Assembly: GCA_001824915.1 (NCBI GenBank)
Contig: MHTS01000024.1
Span: 1-52,945 of the forward strand
Reading direction: 5' to 3'
DNA: 52,945 nucleotides
Origin: Candidatus Wildermuthbacteria bacterium RIFCSPHIGHO2_01_FULL_48_27b
GTDB taxonomy: Bacteria > Patescibacteriota > Minisyncoccia > Minisyncoccales > UBA10102
Below, piece after piece: positions 47,174 to 52,945 of the stretch. Under the pieces are notes generated by a model, which had not been told where the DNA came from, searched no databases, and saw nothing but the letters and a program-made list of their open reading frames with translations. A program made the translations under genes and the position numbers. Each line of letters begins with the position of its first letter. Positions within the stretch are counted from its first letter, which is position 1.

Positions 47174-47869
47174 ATGCAGAAAATTATCGTCGGAATAGAT
47201 GAAGCCGGCCGAGGCCCTCTTGCGGGCCCGGTGGTGGCAGCCGCGTTCACGGTCCTAAATCCGAAATTCGAATATCGAAATTCGAAACATGTTTCGGGTT
47301 TCGTGCTTGGTGCTTCGAATTTACAACTGCGAGATTCTAAGCTTCTATCGCCAAAACAACGCGAGTTGATTTACGAAGAATTATGCCGGAATCCTGACCT
47401 GGAGTGGGGAATAGGGCAGGTTTCAGAAAAACAAATAGACAAGATAAACATTCTGCAAGCAACCCGGCTCGCAATGAAAAGGGCATTCTGGAGCTTGCAT
47501 CGGAATTTACAAAGAAAACTCTCAAAAAACTCAAATATAATAAAATCAAGCTATAGCAGAAAAATATTATATAAGTATTATGACGAGCTTGTTATTGTTG
47601 ACGGAAATATACTACTGGATCTACCAGTTGCGCAAAAAGCAGTCGTAAAAGCGGATGCCACCATATTTCCATGCATGGCGGCTTCCATTATTGCCAAAGT
47701 TACCCGTGACCATCTTATGCTCAAACTCCACAAAAAATATCCGCTCTACGGTTTTGACCGCCACAAAGGGTACGGGACAACTTTCCACCTCCAAGCCCTT
47801 GAAAAATACGGCACCTCACCCATCCATCGTCGTAGCTTTTCTCCAATACGACAACTGACCAATTTCTAA
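47174..47869 (+). CDS. rnhB: Ribonuclease HII (with two AT-rich insertions)
   Basis: GIDEAGRGPLAGPVVAAA..., DSKLLSPKQRE, ...IIAKVTRD..., YGFDRHKGYGT. Confidence 0.9.
   Translation: MQKIIVGIDEAGRGPLAGPVVAAAFTVLNPKFEYRNSKHVSGFVLGASNLQLRDSKLLSPKQRELIYEELCRNPDLEWGIGQVSEKQIDKINILQATRLAMKRAFWSLHRNLQRKLSKNSNIIKSSYSRKILYKYYDELVIVDGNILLDLPVAQKAVVKADATIFPCMAASIIAKVTRDHLMLKLHKKYPLYGFDRHKGYGTTFHLQALEKYGTSPIHRRSFSPIRQLTNF
47258..47323. repeat. AT-rich TTCGAA-type palindromic element in-frame in rnhB
   Basis: AAATTCGAA...CGAAACATGTTTCG (perfect 14-nt palindrome at 47283-47296)...TTCGAATTT. Encodes NPKFEYRNSKHVSGFVLGASNLQ between the conserved GPVVAAA and DSKLLS motifs. Confidence 0.7.
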
Positions 47870-47956
47870 CCAAATCCCAATGATCGAATGTTTTAAACAT
47901 TAAGGCATTTTGGCATTCATTAAAAATTAGTAATTAGACATTAGAAATTCCCACTA

Positions 47957-47984
47957 TTGCAAAAATCGCAGTTTTTGCTATAGT
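47957..47984 (+). promoter_or_regulatory. Sigma70-type promoter of rpmF, leaderless spacing
   Basis: TTGCAA-16 nt-TATAGT, then 7 nt to the ATG at 47992. Confidence 0.45.
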
Positions 47985-47991
47985 GGGCGAT

Positions 47992-48285
47992 ATGGCGGTT
48001 CCAAAACAACATCGGTCAAAATCGAGACAAGGGCAGCGAAGAATGCATTTGTTCATCAAGAAACTTACACTGGTCGCCTGTAAAAAGTGCGGCAAGGAAG
48101 TTTTGCCGCATACGCTTTGCGAAAACTGCGGCACCTACCGGAGTAGAACATTCCTCGACGTCCTTGCGAAACTCACCAAAAAAGAACGCAAGCAGAAACA
48201 AAAAGAATTGACAGCGCAAGAAGAGCATCCGCCAGCTGGCGGACAGTCGAAGGATTTAAGCGCAGAAGAGTTATCTAAGCGGTAA
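47992..48285 (+). CDS. rpmF: 50S ribosomal protein L32 with extended charged C-terminus
   Basis: MAVPKQHRSKSRQGQRRMH... with the CKKCG...CENCG zinc ribbon. At 97 aa it is longer than the roughly 55-60 aa typical of L32. Confidence 0.85.
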   Translation: MAVPKQHRSKSRQGQRRMHLFIKKLTLVACKKCGKEVLPHTLCENCGTYRSRTFLDVLAKLTKKERKQKQKELTAQEEHPPAGGQSKDLSAEELSKR

Positions 48286-48288
48286 ATC

Positions 48289-48732
48289 ATGGCTAGCCGG
48301 CACCTTGCGCGTTCCATAGCAATGCAGTCCTTGTACGAATGGGACTTTTACGGCAAGCAAAAGGAATTGGCAGAAACAGTAGAACGCAATATCAAAGAGT
48401 TTGGTCCGGGGCTGGAAGAAGGAAATAAAGACTTTGTGCGGCGGCTCGCCTTGGGCGTACGTGAAAACCTGCAGTCGCTCAATTCCATTATTGAAAAGGC
48501 GGCGCCCGAATGGCCGCTCGATCAAATAACTCTTGTGGATCGTAATGTATTGCGCCTTGGCCTTTACGAACTTATATACGGCAACAAAGAAGAAGTGCCG
48601 CCCAAGGTGGCGATTAACGAAGCAATCGAACTTGCAAAAAACTTCAGCGGCGAATCATCAGGCAAGTTCGTCAATGGAGTGCTGGGCACCGTATTCCGCG
48701 AATTAGAAGCAACGCAACAACAAAATGGCTGA
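48289..48732 (+). CDS. nusB: Transcription antitermination factor NusB
   Basis: [18 protein letters not shown]..., [24 protein letters not shown].... Confidence 0.9.
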   Translation: MASRHLARSIAMQSLYEWDFYGKQKELAETVERNIKEFGPGLEEGNKDFVRRLALGVRENLQSLNSIIEKAAPEWPLDQITLVDRNVLRLGLYELIYGNKEEVPPKVAINEAIELAKNFSGESSGKFVNGVLGTVFRELEATQQQNG

Positions 48733-49417
48733 ACTTTCTCAACTTGAATCAACATTGAAGCTGCCCTTCAAAAATAAAGACTTGCTACAACAAGCGTTCG
48801 TTCACCGTTCGTATCTCAACGAAAATCGAGACTTCCATCTTCAACACAATGAAAGGCTCGAGTTTCTGGGAGACGCGGTGCTCGAACTGGTTGTTACCGA
48901 ATATCTATACTCAAAGTACCCTGATAAGCCGGAGGGGGAACTTACCGCCTGGCGCGCCGCGCTGGTAAACACCAAAATGCTTTCTTCTATTGGCAGAGAA
49001 CTGAACTTTAGCGATTACTTACTGCTCTCGCACGGGGAGGCGAAAGAAGAAGGCAAGGCAAGAGACTATATTCTGGCAAACACGGTGGAAGCCTTCATTG
49101 GCGCCCTATACCTTGACCAAGGCTTGAAAAACTCCGGAAAATTTATTACAACATATATACTGTCCAAACTTGCGGGAGTGCTGGAGGACGAACTATTTTT
49201 AGACTCCAAATCTCGCTTTCAGGAGTTAGCACAGGAGAAAGCGGCCATTACCCCCACATACACCGTATTAAAGGAATGGGGGCCTGACCACGCCAAGCAT
49301 TTCCACATCGGCGTATATCTGGATAAAGAACTGGTGGCAAACGGAGAGGGCTCTTCCAAACAGGAAGCAGAGCAAAATGCAGCAAAAAATGCCCTCGCAG
49401 AAAAAAACTGGAAATAG
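48725..49417 (+). CDS. rnc: Ribonuclease III
   Basis: [21 protein letters not shown] (RNase III signature) and a C-terminal dsRBD (GPDHAKHF...[16 protein letters not shown]). Confidence 0.9.
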   Translation: MAELSQLESTLKLPFKNKDLLQQAFVHRSYLNENRDFHLQHNERLEFLGDAVLELVVTEYLYSKYPDKPEGELTAWRAALVNTKMLSSIGRELNFSDYLLLSHGEAKEEGKARDYILANTVEAFIGALYLDQGLKNSGKFITTYILSKLAGVLEDELFLDSKSRFQELAQEKAAITPTYTVLKEWGPDHAKHFHIGVYLDKELVANGEGSSKQEAEQNAAKNALAEKNWK

Positions 49418-49425
49418 TAAACATT

Positions 49426-49875
49426 ATGCTAACAATTCGTTTATTTCGCGTAGGAAGAAAAAATCAGCCGGCGTTTAAGATTGTCGTCTGCGACAAGCAA
49501 AACGCCGCTTCAAGGGGACGCTTCGTGGAGGAAGTGGGTTTTTATGATCCCTTAACTAAGCAGCGCAACCTAAAAGGGGATAGGGTAAAATACTGGTTAT
49601 CCGTAGGCGCAAAAGCTTCTCCCACGGTTCACAATATGCTTGTAACAGATAAAGTGGTAGAGGGGCCCAAAATAGCCAAACATAAGCTCTCCAAGAAGCC
49701 TGCCTCGCCAATCGGCGGGCCTGCCTCGCCGAACGCGAGTCAAGGCGGGCCTGCAGAGCAGGCCACGGAGCAAGCCGTACCCCCGAAAGCCGAGGAAACT
49801 CCAGATGCACCTGAAACAACCTTACCAACAGCTCCTGAAAATTCTCCTTCCGAAACTCCGCAGAAAGCTGCCTAA
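49426..49875 (+). CDS. rpsP: 30S ribosomal protein S16 with long C-terminal extension
   Basis: MLTIRLFRVGRKNQPAFKIVVCD...VGFYDPL.... The tail beyond about residue 85 contains the GC-rich repeats. Confidence 0.9.
   Translation: MLTIRLFRVGRKNQPAFKIVVCDKQNAASRGRFVEEVGFYDPLTKQRNLKGDRVKYWLSVGAKASPTVHNMLVTDKVVEGPKIAKHKLSKKPASPIGGPASPNASQGGPAEQATEQAVPPKAEETPDAPETTLPTAPENSPSETPQKAA
49698..49750. repeat. GC-rich imperfect palindrome, tandem copies in-frame in the rpsP tail
   Basis: GCCTGCCTCG-ccaatc-GGCGG[GCCTGCCTCG]-N12-CAAGGCGGGC encodes PASPIGGPASPNASQGGP. Confidence 0.8.
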
Positions 49876-49887
49876 CTTACAACTAAC

Positions 49888-49917
49888 TTAGACAGCTTTT
49901 TGCTTTTATGGTATAAT
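49888..49917 (+). promoter_or_regulatory. Promoter with extended -10, leaderless spacing
   Basis: TTAGAC-18 nt-(TGg)TATAAT, then 6 nt to the ATG at 49924. Confidence 0.45.
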
Positions 49918-49923
49918 GCATGC

Positions 49924-50130
49924 ATGTACAACTGGTCAACAAACGAAAAGGCGCTGAAAAAAAACAAGGAACATTATGCCATTTGGAGACTGGAACAAAT
50001 GGTGAATTTTGGTTTGCATGGGAAAAAGCTAAAGATAAGCGAGCTACGAAAATATTGGGACAAACTGCAAATTGATCCTGTGCGAAGGCAATTTTTGCAA
50101 CTATTTTTGCATGGAAAACGGAATCCTTAG
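49924..50130 (+). CDS. Small protein upstream of the AbiEii-like gene (candidate antitoxin/partner)
   Basis: 68 aa, MYNWSTNEKALKKNKEHYAIWRLEQMVNFGL.... Overlaps the downstream nucleotidyltransferase gene by 20 nt, a toxin-antitoxin-like layout. The function is inferred from context only. Confidence 0.45.
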   Translation: MYNWSTNEKALKKNKEHYAIWRLEQMVNFGLHGKKLKISELRKYWDKLQIDPVRRQFLQLFLHGKRNP

Positions 50131-50770
50131 CCAAATCCAGCTTGCTTTTCTCGGAGAACTTGGTAAACAAGAATTTATCCGAAAGAACTTCTATTTAACT
50201 GGCGGCACTGCGCTCGCCGCATTTTATTTAGGCCATCGATATTCAGAAGATCTTGATTTTTTTTCCGAGAAAGAGTTCGATATTTTGCAGATTGACGTGC
50301 TTTTAAAAGGTTTTCAAGTAAAATTTGGCATTCTCAATATTGATTTCCAAAACAGCTTTAACCGCAATCTCTTCTTTCTGCACTTGAAAGATGAAATTCT
50401 AAAAATCGAATTCACATATTTCCCCTTTACGCGTATCGAAAAGGGAATACAAGAATGGGGGATAGAGATAGATTCGCTTCTTGATATTGCGGTCAATAAA
50501 CTTTTTTCCGTTTATCAACGCACAAAAGCCCGCGATTATATTGACCTCTATCTTTTGTGCAAAGAAAAGAGCTTTACCATAGGAGAGTTGATGCAAAAAG
50601 CACGGCTGAAGTTTGACTGGCATATCGATGCTCTTCAGCTTGGTACCCAGTTTATGAAAGCGAAAGATGCACAGGATTATCCCCGAATGATTCGGGAAAT
50701 CTCACCCAAAGAGTGGCAGAATTTCTTTGTGGAAGAAGCAAAAAAACTTGGACAGGAGATTATTGAGTAG
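50111..50770 (+). CDS. Nucleotidyltransferase of the AbiEii/AbiGii (DUF1814) toxin family
   Basis: FYLTGGTALAAFYLGHRYSEDLDFF is the characteristic AbiEii N-terminal NTase motif; 219 aa counted from the ATG at 50111. Confidence 0.7.
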   Translation: MENGILSQIQLAFLGELGKQEFIRKNFYLTGGTALAAFYLGHRYSEDLDFFSEKEFDILQIDVLLKGFQVKFGILNIDFQNSFNRNLFFLHLKDEILKIEFTYFPFTRIEKGIQEWGIEIDSLLDIAVNKLFSVYQRTKARDYIDLYLLCKEKSFTIGELMQKARLKFDWHIDALQLGTQFMKAKDAQDYPRMIREISPKEWQNFFVEEAKKLGQEIIE

Positions 50771-50815
50771 CACAAATGGTGTTTGAATGTGTGAAGCCTC
50801 GCTTCACACATGTCT

Positions 50816-51094
50816 TCAAAAACCTCCGATGCCCAGTGAACGGAGAGTGGCCTGAACCGAGAGGTTTTCGGTGTTTTGAAGTTTCACGTTTTCTTCGCCA
50901 AAACGCTCGCGCAGCGGCGTGAGAAATTCGTCTGCCCACGAGGGAGATAGCACCACAACCTCCGCAAAATCCACGACGACAGAATCTGTTCCTTCCGGAA
51001 GCGAATATGCCTGCGCGGCAAGCCAAACCTCGCGCCCCGCAGGCCTTGAAATCAACATTGTGCCGAATTTTTTGAGGAAAATAGTGGTTGTCAT
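50816..51094 (-). CDS. STAS-like DUF4325-type protein
   Basis: ...RPAGREVWLAAQAY...VVVDFAEVVVLSPSWADEFLTPL... resembles the DUF4325 pattern (xLDFxGV..xxxSFxDEF); 92 aa. Confidence 0.55.
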   Translation of the reverse strand: MTTTIFLKKFGTMLISRPAGREVWLAAQAYSLPEGTDSVVVDFAEVVVLSPSWADEFLTPLRERFGEENVKLQNTENLSVQATLRSLGIGGF

Positions 51095-51258
51095 AGGGAA
51101 GCGTACGCAACACCTTTACCCTCCAGCGCAAGGCGAATTTGGTCAAGCCTTGCCTGAAAAATATCTCGAGTAAGACAATGTTCTTCGCCGCTTAAAATAC
51201 CCTCTCCCGAGGAATGCTTCACCCATTCAAAAGCTTTCTTCAAAAACCTATGTTCCAT
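51091..51258 (-). CDS. 55-aa ORF translationally coupled (ATGA) to the DUF4325 gene
   Basis: My own translation: MEHRFLKKAFEWVKHSSGEGILSGEEHCLTRDIFQARLDQIRLALEGKGVAYASL*. Its stop overlaps the downstream ATG, and it is preceded by a leaderless-type promoter. It falls below the ORF-track size cutoff. Confidence 0.4.
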   Translation of the reverse strand: MEHRFLKKAFEWVKHSSGEGILSGEEHCLTRDIFQARLDQIRLALEGKGVAYASL

Positions 51259-51264
51259 AGTTTT

Positions 51265-51293
51265 ATATTAAACCGCGGGAATCATTCTTGCAA
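51265..51293 (-). promoter_or_regulatory. Sigma70-type promoter, leaderless spacing (minus strand)
   Basis: The minus strand reads TTGCAA-17 nt-TAATAT-aaaact-ATG. Confidence 0.45.
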
Positions 51294-51364
51294 TAGAAAG
51301 AGCGAAAATAAGCTCAAATCTCTCAATTCTTGCCTTATTTCACCCCGAAAACGCCCTAAGTGGC

Positions 51365-51393
51365 TTGACATTTTTGGGGAAGTATGCTATACT
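51365..51393 (+). promoter_or_regulatory. Near-consensus sigma70 promoter, divergent from the DUF4325 operon
   Basis: TTGACA-17 nt-TATACT, the same hexamers as at 20793. Confidence 0.55.
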
Positions 51394-52027
51394 GTAGGCA
51401 ACAATAAAATACTGGCTTTGCGGGTGGAAGGAGAGAGCCACCGGCAAATAATAAAGATACATACGATTGCACATATCACAATTACCCAATCAGCTCTCCC
51501 CAAAAGGAGAGTTGATTGTTTAAAGGAGGAGGAACAGAAGATTCTTCCCCCATACCCTTCAGCCCATCATGCAGCGCATGACGAATTGAAGGGTAACGAT
51601 AGCACCCAAAACTTGAGAAAGGAGGAGGCCGTGAATACGTACTTCGTCGTCAATGGTCTCGTCTTCACGAAGCGTGAAGACGCCGTGGCCTACAAGCAAT
51701 CTTGCAAGTAGGTCGCGGGGGATCGGGGCGACGCGGTATATATACATGCGACTCTCTCCGATCCCTTAAGCTCAAGACTATAAGCAAAGCTCGAGGCCGT
51801 GAGTTTGAGGGATCGGATAGAATTAGAAGAGTTCAACAGGGGTTAGTACATAAAAATCAAAAACCGTGCTTTCTCTACTTAATTCGTCTTCAGCGATTTG
51901 GCCGAGGTATTTGGCTGAATCGTTGGAGACGAGAAGTAGGGTGAGATGCGACTCGTCGAAGATCTCTTCTTGAGTGTCGAAGAACGACAAAGAAAACTCA
52001 CGAAGAGTGCCAAGAAAGGCAGAAAAA

Positions 52028-52447
52028 ATGTCTACAGGGGTTTTTTTCCTGGTGCTGTGTCTCCTGACCGCCGTGGGGGTTGGCGGGGTTATCGCCATTG
52101 TCACGTGGGCGGAACGGCACCCCTCGTTCCGCACCGTGTTCGGCTTCAAGCCAAGCACGAGAGGGTCCAGGCTCCGCACTGCGGAGCAGAAGCGGGTTGA
52201 AGGCCAGCTATCGGCACTGGCCATCGATTACGCCGCATGGGATGCGGCCGAGAGGAGGGCCCCGAACTCTCCAAGCGGACAGTTCAAGAGATGGCACGAG
52301 CAGGAGAGGCGGCGCCTCGCGAATGTGAGGCGGGCCCTGGAAGCCGCGAAGGCGCGTTTCTGGCGGGCCCACGGGCTCGCCGCGAAGAAGGAGTTCAGTG
52401 TATGTAATAAATACACTGACTATCTTCAGAACGCAACCCATCGGTAA
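52028..52447 (+). CDS. GC-rich hypothetical protein with N-terminal TM helix and Arg/Ala-rich helical region
   Basis: The ATG at 52028 gives MSTGVFFLVLCLLTAVGVGGVIAIVTW..., then ...RRLANVRRALEAAKARFWRAHGLAAKK. It is followed by a hairpin and by structured element copy 1. Confidence 0.5.
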   Translation: MSTGVFFLVLCLLTAVGVGGVIAIVTWAERHPSFRTVFGFKPSTRGSRLRTAEQKRVEGQLSALAIDYAAWDAAERRAPNSPSGQFKRWHEQERRRLANVRRALEAAKARFWRAHGLAAKKEFSVCNKYTDYLQNATHR

Positions 52448-52480
52448 AGCATAGAAGGATGCGTCTCACCACGCATTCTA

Positions 52481-52620
52481 GGCGAGAGAGCAAAGGTTAA
52501 TCCCTTTCTCTCCCGCCCCCATACTTGAGTCCATGAGTAAGTTCGTGGGCTGAAGAGTGGATAGCTCTTTCAAAACCTTCGGGGTGGCGATGAGTCCTTA
52601 GACAAGCTAAAGATTCATTG
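52481..52620 (+). ncRNA. Structured element, copy 1
   Basis: Helix 1 GGCGAGAGAGCAAAGG-ttaat-CCCTTTCTCTCCCGCC (52481-52517). Helix 2 GTCCATGA-gtaagt-TCGTGGGC (52529-52550). About 100 nt align to 52806-52900 with about 8 differences. Confidence 0.45.
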
Positions 52621-52656
52621 CCGCTCCGGAGAAAATCTGGAGTGAAGGAGAAAAAA

Positions 52657-52773
52657 ATGCCCGAATGTTTTGAGAAACAGTGGGGGACGTGTGAGGGGGA
52701 ACTCGTCTATGCAGACGAGTTTCACGCCTTCTTGTGCGAGAAGCACCTGAAGGCGGCGCGCAGGAGGGACTAG
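52657..52773 (+). CDS. 38-aa Cys/His-containing mini-ORF between the two element copies
   Basis: SD GAAGGAG 7 nt upstream of the ATG. MPECFEKQWGTCEGELVYADEFHAFLCEKHLKAARRRD* (C-x7-C ... H-x3-C-x2-H). Confidence 0.35.
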   Translation: MPECFEKQWGTCEGELVYADEFHAFLCEKHLKAARRRD

Positions 52774-52805
52774 GATCCTTCCGCCCGAGGCGGAAAAGGG
52801 TCTAA

Positions 52806-52945
52806 GGCGGGGGAACAAAGGTTAATCCCTTTCTCTCCCGCCCCATACTTAAGCCCATGAGTAAGTTCGTGGGCTGAAGAGTGGATAGCACTTTCAAAAT
52901 TATAGTCGCTTCATAGCGGCGAAGTGAACATTAGCCAGATACATT
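52806..52945 (+). ncRNA. Structured element, copy 2 (runs off the window end)
   Basis: Helix 1 at 52806-52842. Helix 2 GCCCATGA-gtaagt-TCGTGGGC (52853-52874). Hairpin GTCGC-ttcata-GCGGC containing the 17-mer shared with copy A (52907-52923). Confidence 0.45.

Noticed and set aside
51214-51711. 165-aa ORF on the + strand.
   Set aside because: It begins upstream of, and reads through, the TTGACA-17-TATACT promoter and two strong hairpins. Its composition is low-complexity, and only the last 26 codons have an SD.
51823-52224. 133-aa minus-strand ORF.
   Set aside because: It overlaps the + strand ORF 52028-52447, which has a clean TM helix and a sensible start. The N-terminal half of the minus ORF is GC-driven nonsense. 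A short real gene in 51823-51975 cannot be excluded but has no start codon or SD.

Overview
Gene-dense 52.9-kb bacterial chromosome segment. By eye the backbone is about 45% GC, and TGA is used as a stop, so the standard code applies. The gene content and style suggest a streamlined Patescibacteria/CPR-like genome (inference): compact ribosomal and translation genes, shortened enzymes, GatCAB, two MreB paralogs, and many very short or absent 5' leaders. Housekeeping blocks run in this order: infA-rpmJ-rpsM-rpsK-rpsD-rpoA-rplQ and rplM-rpsI; murA-mreB-holB-frr-rseP-proS-mreB-gatCA; three tRNAs; ppiB, pcm and riboflavin genes; pheST-gyrB; secE-nusG-rplK; the dTMP block dut-dCMP deaminase-thyA-folA-tmk; gatB; miaA and thrS; dnaE; rnhB, rpmF-nusB-rnc-rpsP. 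Between these sit visibly GC-richer accessory cassettes that carry their own near-consensus TTGAC(A/T)-17-TAnnnT promoters, strong Shine-Dalgarno sites and hairpin terminators: 6411-7169; a tRNA-Asp-adjacent island at 19.3-23.5 kb with two secreted proteins; 42.17-43.0 kb; 46.4-47.1 kb; and 49.9-52.9 kb with an AbiEii-type module. The window starts inside the 3' end of an IS30-family transposase gene. The observations I rate highest are five. (1) A GC-rich imperfect palindrome (GCCTGCCTCG..CAAGGCGGG) is inserted in-frame, always in the same reading frame, in rpoA, pheT (two sites), folA, thrS and rpsP. (2) A structured element of 100-150 nt or more occurs in three copies, with helix-preserving substitutions, each immediately 3' of an orphan ORF. 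(3) ATTCGTA/TACGAAT repeat arrays fill short intergenic spacers, and a related AT-rich palindrome sits in-frame in rnhB. (4) An initiator-like tRNA lacks the canonical elbow nucleotides. (5) Leaderless promoter-ATG spacing recurs across the window. No CRISPR array, rRNA, integrase or reverse transcriptase was seen.
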